This document shows, in pieces, positions 9,253 to 20,001 of a DNA stretch of 63,350 nucleotides. The position numbers and the translations under genes were made by a program. The stretch comes from Lachnospiraceae bacterium (GTDB lineage: Bacteria > Bacillota > Clostridia > Lachnospirales > Lachnospiraceae), in assembly GCA_017558865.1 (NCBI GenBank), contig JAFYTM010000103.1, positions 1-63,350 of the forward strand. The letters are read 5' to 3'. The notes beneath the pieces were generated by a model. That model made no database searches. It was not told the DNA's origin and was given only the letters and a program-made list of their open reading frames with translations. Each line of letters opens with the position of its first letter. Positions within the stretch are counted from its first letter, which is position 1.

Positions 9253-10938
9253 TTAGAACAGTCCAGTGATCTTTCCAGTCTCATCAACATCGATCTTCTC
9301 AGCAGCCGGAACTTTTGGAAGACCTGGCATGGTCATGATCTCACCGGTCAGAGCAACAATGAAGCCTGCACCAGCAGAAATCTTCAGGTTACGAACGGTA
9401 ACTTCGAAATCCTTCGGAGCACCGAGTTTGGTCTGATCATCAGTCAAGCTGTACTGAGTCTTAGCCATACAGATCGGACACTTATCATATCCAAGAGCAG
9501 TCAGCTCTTTTGCCTGTTTTGCAGCATTTGCAGTCAGAACAACTTTGCTTCCGCCGTAGATCTTCTGAACGATTGCATTCAGTTTATCCTCGATGGTTCC
9601 ATCCAGTTCATAGGAGAAGGTGAAATCATTCTCCTGCTCGCAGAGACGAACAACTTCTTCTGCCAGTTTCACGCCGCCTTCGCCGCCTTTTGCCCATACT
9701 TCGGAAAGAACAACGTTAACGCCGAGCTCTTTACATTTCTCTTCAACCAGAGCAAGCTCTGCTGGAGTATCGAATGGGAATGCGTTGATTGCAACTACAC
9801 ATGGAAGCTTGAATACGTTGGTAACGTTGCTTACATGTTTCAGCAGGTTTGGAAGACCTTTCTCAAGAGCCTCAAGGTTCTCATTGTTCAGGTCAGCTTT
9901 TGCTACGCCGCCATTATATTTCAGAGCACGAACGGTAGCAACGATAACAACTGCGTTTGGTTTCAGACCAGCCATACGGCACTTGATGTCAAGGAATTTC
10001 TCAGCACCAAGGTCAGCACCGAATCCTGCCTCAGTTACAGTATAATCAGAAAGCTTCAGAGCCATCTTGGTAGCGGTTACAGAGTTACATCCATGAGCGA
10101 TGTTAGCGAATGGTCCGCCATGAACGATTGCCGGAGTTCCTTCCAGAGTCTGTACCAGGTTTGGTTTCAGAGCATCTTTCAGAAGAGCTGCCATAGCACC
10201 CTCAGCGTGCAGATCACCTGCAGTAACTGGTTTCTGCTCAGCAACTTTACCATATGTATAACCAACGATGATTCTTGCAAGTCTGTTCTTCAGGTCAGTG
10301 ATATCACTTGCCAGACACAGAACTGCCATAATCTCGGATGCTACGGTGATATCGTAACCATCTTCTCTCGGCATACCGTTGGTCTTTCCGCCAAGTCCGT
10401 CTACTACGTTACGAAGCTGACGGTCGTTCATATCTACACATCTTCTCCAGGTGATCTTTCTTGGGTCGATGTTCAGAGCGTTGCCCTGGAAGATATGGTT
10501 GTCGATCATAGCTGCAAGCAGGTTGTTAGCTGCGCCGATTGCGTGGAAGTCACCGGTAAAGTGAAGGTTGATATCCTCCATCGGAACTACCTGTGCGTAT
10601 CCGCCGCCTGCTGCTCCACCCTTAACACCGAATACCGGTCCGAGGGACGGCTCACGAAGAGCTACCATAACTTTTTTGCCGATCTTGTTCAGACCATCAG
10701 CAAGACCTACAGAAGTAGTGGTCTTTCCTTCTCCAGCCGGAGTCGGGTTGATAGCGGTAACAAGGATCAGTTTTCCATTCGGAGCATCAGACTCTTTTAA
10801 TAAATTGTAGTCGATTTTTGCTTTGTACTTTCCGTACTGCTCCAGATACTTGTCATCAATCCCAGCTTTTGCTGCGATCTCAACGATTGGTCTCATCGTA
10901 CATTCCTGTGCGATTTCGATGTCAGATTTGAATCCCAT
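9253..10938 (-). CDS. fhs: Formate--tetrahydrofolate ligase
   Basis: [35 protein letters not shown]. Start moved to ATG 10938 (AAGGAG RBS). Confidence 0.98.
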   Translation of the reverse strand: MGFKSDIEIAQECTMRPIVEIAAKAGIDDKYLEQYGKYKAKIDYNLLKESDAPNGKLILVTAINPTPAGEGKTTTSVGLADGLNKIGKKVMVALREPSLGPVFGVKGGAAGGGYAQVVPMEDINLHFTGDFHAIGAANNLLAAMIDNHIFQGNALNIDPRKITWRRCVDMNDRQLRNVVDGLGGKTNGMPREDGYDITVASEIMAVLCLASDITDLKNRLARIIVGYTYGKVAEQKPVTAGDLHAEGAMAALLKDALKPNLVQTLEGTPAIVHGGPFANIAHGCNSVTATKMALKLSDYTVTEAGFGADLGAEKFLDIKCRMAGLKPNAVVIVATVRALKYNGGVAKADLNNENLEALEKGLPNLLKHVSNVTNVFKLPCVVAINAFPFDTPAELALVEEKCKELGVNVVLSEVWAKGGEGGVKLAEEVVRLCEQENDFTFSYELDGTIEDKLNAIVQKIYGGSKVVLTANAAKQAKELTALGYDKCPICMAKTQYSLTDDQTKLGAPKDFEVTVRNLKISAGAGFIVALTGEIMTMPGLPKVPAAEKIDVDETGKITGLF

Positions 10939-11004
10939 AAGAAACTCCTTTCTTCTCCTCCAGGACCCTCCCTGCAGGAGCCTTGCGCTCTGCGCCTTTT
11001 TTGA

Positions 11005-11022
11005 TTGTTTAATTTTTAACAA
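11005..11022. promoter_or_regulatory. Rex-like operator in the fhs leader
   Basis: Minus strand TTGTTAA-AAAT-TAAACAA, one mismatch to the clostridial Rex consensus TTGTTAA-N4-TTAACAA; lies downstream of TATAAT at 11052-11057. Confidence 0.55.
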
Positions 11023-11136
11023 AGGATTAACATTCCTTTGAACATAACTCAATTATACTACTATTCTCATACACTTGGCATCCTACACATTGTACTATAT
11101 ATGCGCGACAATTACAAGCCGTATGTATATTTGAGA

Positions 11137-11778
11137 TTACCCACAAAGAATTTTTACCGTCGTGATAGACAAGTCTCCTGCAACCACCATATCCTCCGCA
11201 TGGAAACCATACTGGAAATTATCACTGTATAAAATCTGTGCAGACGGTGGAAATTCTTCATCTGCCGCCCAGAAGATAAAACGCATCCGATACCCATTGA
11301 TCAGTTCAAATTCATATGCAATATCTCCCATATCAATTCTCACTGCACCCGGAATCTTTTCCATCGCCTCTTCGAATGCTTTCAGTTTGAATCCAAAGCC
11401 ATAAGTGAGCCTTTTAATGCATCTTCCGTCAAACGGTTTAAAATAAAGCTCACCATAGGTCGGAACCTCCCGAAAGGTCATAAACTTTCCGCTGCTTTGA
11501 ACAGCCTTTCCTTCCAACAAATATCTTAAAATAAATGTCTGTGATGGGATACTGTCTGCAAAAAGATCTTTGCTTCCTTCTTCCTTATCCAACGGGCGGA
11601 TTGCAAATGCAGGATAAGCAACCTCATACAGATGCCCCATAAAACGGAGCTGAAATTTACCGCTGTTTTCATCATACAATATGTTCAATCTCTCAGCCGC
11701 TTCCAACGGATCAAGGGACTGATATTTTTCCAGATAATGCTCAAACGGTATTTCTTCTTTATGATTTACAACTTCCAA
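11137..11778 (-). CDS. DUF3786 protein
   Basis: ILRYL, TFREVP..G..Y...F, FWAADEEFPPSAQILYSDNF...AED; typical neighbour of acsV. Confidence 0.8.
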   Translation of the reverse strand: MEVVNHKEEIPFEHYLEKYQSLDPLEAAERLNILYDENSGKFQLRFMGHLYEVAYPAFAIRPLDKEEGSKDLFADSIPSQTFILRYLLEGKAVQSSGKFMTFREVPTYGELYFKPFDGRCIKRLTYGFGFKLKAFEEAMEKIPGAVRIDMGDIAYEFELINGYRMRFIFWAADEEFPPSAQILYSDNFQYGFHAEDMVVAGDLSITTVKILCG

Positions 11779-13710
11779 TCAGATATCCTCCTGCACAACA
11801 CTCGGGAATAAAGATGCATTCGTATGCGGAAGGAAACATGCAGCTACAAATTCATCCATATATCCTGGCTCTGTACTCAACTCCATATAAGTCATATTAC
11901 GGGCCAGCTCGTATACTTTTTCTTCTGCAGCCGTAGATAATGCCATATTATAAGCACCCGTCAAAGAAGAGTTGCCGATATAATGGAATTTATCCAGTTC
12001 CACATCCGGGAACATACCAATCTGAACGGCATTCTTCATATTGATACCACTTCCGATACCACCTGCTACATATACATTCTCAATCATGGATACATCAAAT
12101 TCCAGAGAAGTGATCATCGTACAGATTGCAGAGAAAATAGCACCTTTTGCACGAATAAAGTTATCAATATCTACTTCATTGATTTCAATATCTTTATGTC
12201 CGGCAGCATCTTCCTTAAATGCAAGAACATAGCTTCCGATACCATACTGATCATGACGCACTCTCTTGCCCTCACGGATAAATTTACCCTTCGGACTGAT
12301 GATATTGCATCTGAATAATTCTGCAATCACATCAATAATACCGGAACCACAAAGACCAACTGGTTTCTGACCTTCTCCACCTACGATGGTAAAGGTTGGC
12401 TCCATTGTCTGTGCATCAATCGTGCACGCTTCAATTGCACCATCAGTTGCACGCATACCGCAGCTGATGTCACCGCCCTCAAACGCAGGACCTGCAGAGC
12501 ATGCACAGCTCATCATGAAATCAGAATTACCGAATACCAGCTCTCCATTGGTTCCAAGGTCAATGAACAGATTAAATTCTTCTTTGTTCCAGAGCATACT
12601 AACCAGAGTTCCGGCAGTGATATCTCCGCCTACATAGCTTCCGATATTTGGCGCAATTACAATATTTGCATCTGGATGAACCTGAATTCCCAGGTCATAG
12701 GCATCCACATTATCAGTTTCAAAAAATGCCGGAATATACGGTTCCATACGCAGAGGATCTGCATTCACTCCCATAAGCAGATGATTCATGGTGGTATTGG
12801 ATGCAATACACATATGATAAACTCTGCTGGAATCAATTCCAATCGAACGGCACATATTCTGAATCATTGGATTCAGAGTTTCTTCAATAATAGCTTTCTG
12901 AAGCTTCTCTTTTCCGCCGTCTTTCTGGGACTCGATGATACGGTTAATAACATCTGCTCCATAACGAATCTGACCATTACCGGAAGATGCTTTTGCCGCA
13001 AGCTCACCTGTTGTCAGATCAAGGATAACTGCAGATACAGTAGTTGTACCAATATCGATCGCAAGACCATAGATTTTCTTCTCTGCTGGAGGAAGAATAT
13101 CATACACCATCACACCATGTCCGTATTTTTTCAAAACAGCATTTACCTGGAATTCATTTTCACGAAGTACATCCGGAAGCTTTTTCAGAACCTGATAAGT
13201 CAGTTTTACTTTTTCAACACCGGCAGCTGCCTGGATCGCCCAGATCACTCTCTCATTATCCGGCATCGTATCTTCCAAAGTCGGAGCTTCCATCGTAAGT
13301 TCTACAATAGAAAAATCATTTTCAAATGCAATTCCAGCTTCTTCTACATCCTGTTTTGCTCTATCAAAAATGGCAATCTCTTCTTTAGAACTTAAATCAG
13401 CAACCTTCATTCTGCTCTTGTAAGCAGACGCGATATCCGGTACCAGAACCTCCACATCGCCTGCTACCGTGCTGACACAGGATAACCTCCAACCTGCTGC
13501 AAAGTCTTCATCCGAGATATGTCTTGTTTTTTCCGTATTCAACTCGCCACTGATAAATTTTACTTTACATTTACCGCAGGAACCGTTGCCTGAACAAGGT
13601 GCATCAATGGCTACATTCGCTTTACGCGCCACCTCCAACAGGTTCTCTCCGGCTGTCACTGCAACGACTGTCGCAGTACCATCTTCGTATCTGAATGTTA
13701 CGTTAGGCAT
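11779..13710 (-). CDS. acsV: Corrinoid reductive activator (RACo; 2Fe-2S + ASKHA)
   Basis: CSGNGSCGKC ferredoxin, DIGTTT, DLGTNGE, SAGPAFEG. Start moved to ATG 13710. Confidence 0.92.
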   Translation of the reverse strand: MPNVTFRYEDGTATVVAVTAGENLLEVARKANVAIDAPCSGNGSCGKCKVKFISGELNTEKTRHISDEDFAAGWRLSCVSTVAGDVEVLVPDIASAYKSRMKVADLSSKEEIAIFDRAKQDVEEAGIAFENDFSIVELTMEAPTLEDTMPDNERVIWAIQAAAGVEKVKLTYQVLKKLPDVLRENEFQVNAVLKKYGHGVMVYDILPPAEKKIYGLAIDIGTTTVSAVILDLTTGELAAKASSGNGQIRYGADVINRIIESQKDGGKEKLQKAIIEETLNPMIQNMCRSIGIDSSRVYHMCIASNTTMNHLLMGVNADPLRMEPYIPAFFETDNVDAYDLGIQVHPDANIVIAPNIGSYVGGDITAGTLVSMLWNKEEFNLFIDLGTNGELVFGNSDFMMSCACSAGPAFEGGDISCGMRATDGAIEACTIDAQTMEPTFTIVGGEGQKPVGLCGSGIIDVIAELFRCNIISPKGKFIREGKRVRHDQYGIGSYVLAFKEDAAGHKDIEINEVDIDNFIRAKGAIFSAICTMITSLEFDVSMIENVYVAGGIGSGINMKNAVQIGMFPDVELDKFHYIGNSSLTGAYNMALSTAAEEKVYELARNMTYMELSTEPGYMDEFVAACFLPHTNASLFPSVVQEDI

Positions 13711-13740
13711 AATCAATCTCCATAAAATATTCAGGTCTAT

Positions 13741-13771
13741 AAAAACATAGAGGCACAATGAATTGTGCCTC
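13741..13771 (-). terminator. Hairpin with imperfect U tract between acsE and acsV (possible leaky terminator)
   Basis: GAGGCACAAT/ATTGTGCCTC stem followed by TATGTTTTT on the minus strand. Confidence 0.55.
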
Positions 13772-13788
13772 CTGTCTCTTCGTAATAA

Positions 13789-14574
13789 TTAGATCTCCAG
13801 ATAGGAGTCTGCGTATAAGTTGTTGTTTTTGATAATATCACAGGATTTGATGGTCTCCATCAGACGCAGATCGTTAGGGTTAACGATTGCAGAAGTAAGA
13901 CCATTTGCCATAGCCATAGCAACCATAGCGGAATCCATGATTGGACGGATATGTTTTGGCATACCATTGGAGTTGTTGGAAAGTCCACCAGTGGAGTTCA
14001 GTTCCATATCAGACAGCATCTTGATGAACTCAAGAATCTGCATCTGTTTGTCCTGCATTCCTTTGATAACCAGGAATAATGGGTCAAACCAGAGATCTTC
14101 TGCTTCCATGCCAAGCTCCATACCTCTCTCCAGCATGGTCTGGCAGTACATCATACGCTCATCGTTGTTTGCTGCGATACCTTCACCATTGCAAAGAGCG
14201 ATAACGATAGCATCGTTAGCTGCTGCAAGGTCAATGTAATCGATTCTTCCTGCAGCGTCTGCAGAGTTAACGATTGGTTTTCCTTTGCTTCTGTTGTATA
14301 CAGAGATACCAGCCTCAATTGCTGCTTTGTTAGCAGTATCCAGTGCAAGCGGAACATTGTCGAACTCGCTCTGAAGAAGCTGAACTGCCCATTTCATAAG
14401 TTCTGGACCATCATTCTCTGCCGGTCCGATATTAACATCCAGATAAGTAGAACCTGCATCTAACTGCTGTTTAGCACGTTTCAGAATTGGCTCTGGATCT
14501 CTCTCTGTGAAAGCTTTATTTACGGATGGAGCTGTTGCGGATAATCTCTCGCCGATTACTACAAATTTTCCCAT
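13789..14574 (-). CDS. acsE: Methyltetrahydrofolate:corrinoid iron-sulfur protein methyltransferase
   Basis: Pterin-binding barrel motifs: VIGER, LDVNIGP, LALDT, IVNS, FDPL, GLSNNS. Confidence 0.93.
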   Translation of the reverse strand: MGKFVVIGERLSATAPSVNKAFTERDPEPILKRAKQQLDAGSTYLDVNIGPAENDGPELMKWAVQLLQSEFDNVPLALDTANKAAIEAGISVYNRSKGKPIVNSADAAGRIDYIDLAAANDAIVIALCNGEGIAANNDERMMYCQTMLERGMELGMEAEDLWFDPLFLVIKGMQDKQMQILEFIKMLSDMELNSTGGLSNNSNGMPKHIRPIMDSAMVAMAMANGLTSAIVNPNDLRLMETIKSCDIIKNNNLYADSYLEI

Positions 14575-14647
14575 TGTAAGTGTTCTCCTTTAACGTTTAT
14601 TTTGGCAGCTGCCGGGAACACCGGGCAGCTGCTTTTGTTTTATTTAA

Positions 14648-15994
14648 TTAGATCTCGCCGTTTGCCTGAAGATCTTTTAAGAATTTCACAAGCTGTACAG
14701 CCTCGTTTGGTCCAACGATTACTTCCCAGCCTGGAAGTTTTGCTTCAATATCACCCTTCAATACAGCAACTTTACCTGGGATGATGAGTTTTCTGGATTT
14801 TACCTTCGGCTCAACATTCTCAATGATGTATTTGGATACAGAAGTAGAGGAAAGTTTTCCAGCTGCCCATGCAGTCAGTACGGAAAGTCCGCCTGCATCA
14901 CTGATTACCAGATTACATGGAACACCGGATCTCTCCAGCTCACCAGATACTACGAAGTAGGTAAGTGCGAAGTCAACAGTTGTGATACATACTGCATTCT
15001 CATCAGCACCGTTCAGAGCGTAGATGCCTGGCTCAACTTTCATTGGCTTCTGAGGATCGGTATATACGTTCTGTCTTAAACCATACAGAGGAAGTGCTCT
15101 TGCATAGTTCATGGTATCCATAATAACGATGGAACCATATTTCAGTACGAACATGGAAGCAAGTGCGATCTGCATCGGCTCATCGTTAGCTGCAATCTTA
15201 GACAGGTTTACGATAGATGGATAACCGAAGGTTCTATCTGGATTCTTGTCCAGACATGCACGTCTTACACGTACTGCATTTCCATAAGTTTCTTTTGTAT
15301 CAGCACCAGTAACATCCAGAACCAGCTCTTTGTAGCCAAGTTTCTCGATAGCTGCGGTGGTATCATACAGTTCATCAATATTAGCACCGTTTACACCAAG
15401 AACAACGCCAGCTGCTTTTGCAACTTCTACCATCTCAGCATAGTTTGCTGCGGTAGCACCGTTCAGGATTGGCTTCTCAGCCTTGCATACTTCCAGAGCA
15501 GCTTTTGCAGCCTCAACATCTGTACATCCAAGGATGATAGTCATACCTTTGCCAACCACTTTCTTAACAGCCTCAACGTAAGCTGCTGCGTCTCCAGCAT
15601 ACTCAACGTTTACCATCTCAGCGTGCATTCTCTCGCCGATACGATCGTAATCAACTTTTGCTGCCTCTGCTACTGCTGCATCTACGTCAGCATCTGCTGC
15701 AACGTTTACTGCAAATCTGGTCGGGCTTACAAATGTTTTCTCATGTCTGAAAAGAACAGTCTCTCCACCCAGAGTATACTCAGCTTCACCAGTACCAACC
15801 TTGATGGTCTTCATTGGCGGAGCAGTAGCCTCGGATAATGCTGCAAGAGCGTCATCAGACATATGCGGACATTTGGAAATGTCAACTGCACCCTGAGCAA
15901 CTTTCATAGCGAAAGCCATACAGGTCGGGCTGCCACACTCTTTACAGTTTGTTTTTGGTGTCATCTTAAAAATATCAATACCTTTTAATGCCAT
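14648..15994 (-). CDS. acsC: Corrinoid iron-sulfur protein large subunit
   Basis: PKTNCKECGSPTCMAFA...CP, GGETVLFRHEK, YTDPQKPM, SVLTAWAAGK. Confidence 0.96.
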   Translation of the reverse strand: MALKGIDIFKMTPKTNCKECGSPTCMAFAMKVAQGAVDISKCPHMSDDALAALSEATAPPMKTIKVGTGEAEYTLGGETVLFRHEKTFVSPTRFAVNVAADADVDAAVAEAAKVDYDRIGERMHAEMVNVEYAGDAAAYVEAVKKVVGKGMTIILGCTDVEAAKAALEVCKAEKPILNGATAANYAEMVEVAKAAGVVLGVNGANIDELYDTTAAIEKLGYKELVLDVTGADTKETYGNAVRVRRACLDKNPDRTFGYPSIVNLSKIAANDEPMQIALASMFVLKYGSIVIMDTMNYARALPLYGLRQNVYTDPQKPMKVEPGIYALNGADENAVCITTVDFALTYFVVSGELERSGVPCNLVISDAGGLSVLTAWAAGKLSSTSVSKYIIENVEPKVKSRKLIIPGKVAVLKGDIEAKLPGWEVIVGPNEAVQLVKFLKDLQANGEI

Positions 15995-16015
15995 TGTAGT
16001 GTCCTCCTCCCCTGA

Positions 16016-16957
16016 TTACATCAGATCTTTGATCATTTTGGAAATGGTAGCAACGGAAGTCGGATGTTTCAGAATGACTGCGTTGGAACCAGATGCTAAT
16101 ACAGATGCTGCGGTGGAAACTTCCATACCGATACCACGTGCTTCCTGGGAACCCCATGCCGGCATATCAGCTTCAGAAGCCATAGCCTCTTTTACGTTCC
16201 ATGCGTCATCAGCTACTGGAGTGATGATTGGCATCTGAACATCTTTATCTCCCTGACCAAGAGCTGCTGCTTTGGTACGATCCATAGTGGATACTACATA
16301 CTCAAAACCATAACCAACTGCTGCAGAACCAACGTTCATAACGATGTTGTTCTGAGCAACACCCATCTTGGAGATCAATACATTTAACTGTTTTGCAAGG
16401 TTGATATCTACTGCGGACTCAGCACCAACTTTCTGACCATATGCAAGACCAGCTGCTGCTGCTACACCTTTGTAGTTCTCTTCTTTTGCTGCAAGAATCA
16501 GAACATTTTTGCCCTGAGCTGCTTCTGCTGCTTTATTCAGAAGCTCATTGTCTTTCTCTACATGTTTGCATCCTGCAATTACCAGCGGTACGTCGATTGC
16601 ATCAACAACTGCTTTCACTGCTTCGATACACTCTTCTACGGATTTGTTCTCGCCGTTAGGATCTGCTCCCTCAAGCTTTAAGCATACAAAATCTGCACCT
16701 GGCATCTCAGCTGCTTTCTTAGCAACCTCTGCGATGGTGGTACATCCTTCATAATATGCTTTTACACCTGCCGGTTCATTATCCAGACCAAGGTCTGAAA
16801 TCATAACGCCAACTTTTGGTGCATTCTCGATCGCAGCATCAAATGTATAGAATGGTAATACATTCTCGCCGCCGATCTTAATCGCTTTCTCGCCACAGCC
16901 AATTTCAACTGTGTTGATGGAAGCATTGAATTTTCCTGATTTTCCATTGAATGGCAT
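16016..16957 (-). CDS. acsD: Corrinoid iron-sulfur protein small subunit
   Basis: IGGENVLPFY, AVDINLAKQLN, GYGFEY, AWNVKEA. Confidence 0.95.
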   Translation of the reverse strand: MPFNGKSGKFNASINTVEIGCGEKAIKIGGENVLPFYTFDAAIENAPKVGVMISDLGLDNEPAGVKAYYEGCTTIAEVAKKAAEMPGADFVCLKLEGADPNGENKSVEECIEAVKAVVDAIDVPLVIAGCKHVEKDNELLNKAAEAAQGKNVLILAAKEENYKGVAAAAGLAYGQKVGAESAVDINLAKQLNVLISKMGVAQNNIVMNVGSAAVGYGFEYVVSTMDRTKAAALGQGDKDVQMPIITPVADDAWNVKEAMASEADMPAWGSQEARGIGMEVSTAASVLASGSNAVILKHPTSVATISKMIKDLM

Positions 16958-17041
16958 TGGTTATATCCTCCTTAAAAATATGTTATCTCGAACGCCCATA
17001 TAGGGAAAGAACGTTTCCGTTCTTTCCCTTTGGGAATTTAA

Positions 17042-19171
17042 TTACATCATTGGCTCTAATCCAAGTGCCGGATGTCCTTTCTCAGTTAAGAATGCAAGCA
17101 GGGTCTCTGGATCTGTTGCGATGGTCTCATCACCGATCATGTCAGTGAAGTTCTCAATTCCGTACAGTTCCTGTGCGGTCTTGTTCAGTTTCTCAGCAAC
17201 CTGATCTTTCAGATCCTTCGGCATCCATACGATACGCTCTACGCCGCCTTCTGCCTTCATGAACTTCTTGGAAGCGATGAAGTGTTTACCATGTCCCATG
17301 AAACCTGGAGTCTGAACTCCACCACCGGTCATGGAAGCCAGCTCACCGAAGGTCATTCCAAGAGGAGTCAGACCAGCATACTCACGGTTAGCAATTGCTA
17401 CACCATTGGAGAATGGCTCGATACCATAGATACACTCGAAACATCCACAGGAAGTCATCGGATCTTCCATGATGGAGTACAGAGTTACGTGCTCAAGAGC
17501 ACCGTTGGAGAATTTAGCAACAGCTTCATCAACGTCTTCGTAACGTCCAAGGTTCTCATCGATACATCTCTCTTTGGTGATGATCTGACAAGGTCCTTCC
17601 GGATTCAGCTCTTTGGTTGCTTTTGCATCCAGCCATGATACAGCACCACACAGACCAAGTCTCTCTGGGGTGACTACACATACATGGCTTGGGGAGAATG
17701 CCTGACACATGGTACAGCTGTAGTATACAGGTACTGCTTCATCAGTCAGGGAATCAAGTCTCTCATCACGTGCATTGTAAGCTGCTACTGCCAGCTCCTG
17801 ACGGAGTTTGGAACACTCAGCCTCATCAGTAATGATGGTAACTGCACATTTATCTACTACTACGTCGAACTCGTTCTTAATATTAGCGTACAGAACTTCT
17901 GCAAGATCTTTTGCACGGAAGCCTGCCTCATATGTATTCTTGCTCAGACGGATACGGATCATATCACGCTGTCCAGTGTGCATAGCACCCTCGATACAGT
18001 TGATATAGGTATGGAATTTACGCTCCAGTACCGGCTCAAAGTCAGACTGCATAGCTTTTCCAGCTACTTCTACAATGTAAGCAATCTGCTGTTTGCTTCC
18101 AACTTCCATAGCATCGAAATCTGGTCCGATCAGAGTAAACTTATGATCTTCGATCTCAGTCAGCTCTCTGGTACGAACAAGCTCGAAACAGTCTTTTCTG
18201 GAACCGTCAAACTCAACCTGCATATCACCACGACGAATGATCTCGCCCTCAAATGCGGATGCAAATGCAACCGGGATATCGATCTTGGCGATCTTGATCT
18301 TGATGTCACGTGCCTCAAGAGAGGTGGCGTTGAATTTGGATACGTCTTCCTGAACGATCAAACTCTTCGGTACACGGAAGATGTTCTCGGTCTCGTTGGT
18401 GACTACCGGGAATCCAAGAGCGATAGCACCTGCACCACATGCAACGATTACATCGTTCAGAGGAGCAAATGCGTTAACGAATGCCGGTACACGCTCGAAG
18501 GTGTATTTCATCAGGTTGCCAGCATCTCCAGGAGTTACGTTACCGAAGATCAGAGCAGCACGAACTGCTACAGATACAACATGGATAACGGAAGTAACAT
18601 CTTTTCCAAGCGGGATAACACGTACGTTTGCACCAGTGGTCATTCCACCTTCTGCAAGCTGATCGATGATCTCACCAACCAGAGTAACGAGAATACCCTG
18701 TGCCTGATAGCTCTTAATCAGAGCAACAGCATCTTCAGTAGTCGGAGCTTTTCCAAGAACTACTGCTACACCTGGGATATCGCCAGTTACCAACGGAACA
18801 CCCAGCTCACGAATGGTAGCATCTGCAAGATGTCCATAACATGGCTCTTCGTATGGAGTTGCTCCATTGATATATTTTAATACTTCAATAAACTCTGCAC
18901 ACAGAGCAGTTGCAACACCACTCATGAATGCGTCATTCAGTCTTTTTTCTCTGGTCATCAGGGTCTTTACAACACCTAATGCTTCTTTTAATTCTCCAAG
19001 ATTGGAAACCTTGGTTCCAGTTACACCGTAGTAACATGGAAGGCTGTATGCGGTATGTGGGAAAGCTACGGCCTGATCTACACCATACTGTGCAATCGCG
19101 TTATCAATAGCTGCTTCAGTCAAACCGTAAACTGCATCATTACCGCCAAATACTCTATCAAATAATGTCAC
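17042..19171 (-). CDS. acsB: Acetyl-CoA synthase
   Basis: A-cluster motifs YSCTMCQAFSPSHVC, GLCGA, MTSCGCFE; GGGVQTPGFMGH. Confidence 0.97.
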   Translation of the reverse strand: MTLFDRVFGGNDAVYGLTEAAIDNAIAQYGVDQAVAFPHTAYSLPCYYGVTGTKVSNLGELKEALGVVKTLMTREKRLNDAFMSGVATALCAEFIEVLKYINGATPYEEPCYGHLADATIRELGVPLVTGDIPGVAVVLGKAPTTEDAVALIKSYQAQGILVTLVGEIIDQLAEGGMTTGANVRVIPLGKDVTSVIHVVSVAVRAALIFGNVTPGDAGNLMKYTFERVPAFVNAFAPLNDVIVACGAGAIALGFPVVTNETENIFRVPKSLIVQEDVSKFNATSLEARDIKIKIAKIDIPVAFASAFEGEIIRRGDMQVEFDGSRKDCFELVRTRELTEIEDHKFTLIGPDFDAMEVGSKQQIAYIVEVAGKAMQSDFEPVLERKFHTYINCIEGAMHTGQRDMIRIRLSKNTYEAGFRAKDLAEVLYANIKNEFDVVVDKCAVTIITDEAECSKLRQELAVAAYNARDERLDSLTDEAVPVYYSCTMCQAFSPSHVCVVTPERLGLCGAVSWLDAKATKELNPEGPCQIITKERCIDENLGRYEDVDEAVAKFSNGALEHVTLYSIMEDPMTSCGCFECIYGIEPFSNGVAIANREYAGLTPLGMTFGELASMTGGGVQTPGFMGHGKHFIASKKFMKAEGGVERIVWMPKDLKDQVAEKLNKTAQELYGIENFTDMIGDETIATDPETLLAFLTEKGHPALGLEPMM

Positions 19172-19190
19172 GGTATTATACCTCCAAATT

Positions 19191-19958
19191 CTAATTCGAT
19201 TGATCGAGGATTTCCTTTATCTTTCGGATTTCCTCCGTTGCGGATGCGCTGAAATCATATGGGGACTGCCCCTGACGATCCGCATCTATAACTTCCGTAT
19301 TGTAGTGTATGAATCCAAGTAAATCTTCTGCCGGAATCCTGGATTTGATAAATTCTTCATCTTCCGGGCCACGCACCTTGTTCGCTACTACACGAACCTG
19401 ACGTACACCAAGATCCTGTGCCAGACGCTTCACATTCTTATAAGTCTGAACGCTTCTTGCACCTGGTTCAATCACAACAATGAACTGCTCCATCGTCTCA
19501 CAGGTTCCTCTTCCCAGATGCTCCAGTCCGGCTTCCATATCCATAATCACTACATCGGTACTGCGAAGCACCAGATGATTGATGATTCGTCTCAGCATGA
19601 CATGCTCAGGGCAGACACATCCGCCGCCGCCGGTCTCTACTGTTCCAAGAAGGAGCAGCTTTACGCCATTGTATGTCTTGCTGTAAGTGTCCGGGATATC
19701 GTCTACCTTTGGATTCAGTTTATAAAACTGATTATCCGGTCCGGCTCCCGTACGCTCTTCCACCAGCTTTCTCATCTTGGTAATCGGAACGATCGAATCG
19801 AGTATCTCTTCCGGAAATCCAAGAGCCAGTCCCAGATTCGCATCCGGGTCCGCATCAGCGGCCAGGACGGTACGTCCCTCCTCTGCATATAATCTTGCCA
19901 GTGTTGCTGAAAAGGTTGTCTTTCCAACTCCACCTTTTCCGGTAATTGCTATCTTCAA
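19191..19958 (-). CDS. cooC: CooC/AcsF nickel-insertion ATPase
   Basis: GKGGVGKT, DADPDANL, GCVCPE, DMEAGLEHLGRG. Start moved to TTG 19958. Confidence 0.92.
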   Translation of the reverse strand: MKIAITGKGGVGKTTFSATLARLYAEEGRTVLAADADPDANLGLALGFPEEILDSIVPITKMRKLVEERTGAGPDNQFYKLNPKVDDIPDTYSKTYNGVKLLLLGTVETGGGGCVCPEHVMLRRIINHLVLRSTDVVIMDMEAGLEHLGRGTCETMEQFIVVIEPGARSVQTYKNVKRLAQDLGVRQVRVVANKVRGPEDEEFIKSRIPAEDLLGFIHYNTEVIDADRQGQSPYDFSASATEEIRKIKEILDQSN

Positions 19959-20001
19959 TGTTGTCACCCTCCGGTTCAATTTACTTAGTAATATTCAAAG
20001 A

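Noticed and set aside
10939-11052. N-terminal extensions given by the ORF track for fhs (also acsV, both cooC, DUF2750, fchA, tube 2)
   Set aside because: Downstream starts have clear Shine-Dalgarno sequences and match family N-termini; the extensions run through leader or terminator sequence.
17420-17460. AcsB reads CGCFECIYG where clostridial enzymes often read CGCFECICG
   Set aside because: The nickel-ligating CGC is intact and this downstream position varies among ACS enzymes; no evidence of inactivation.
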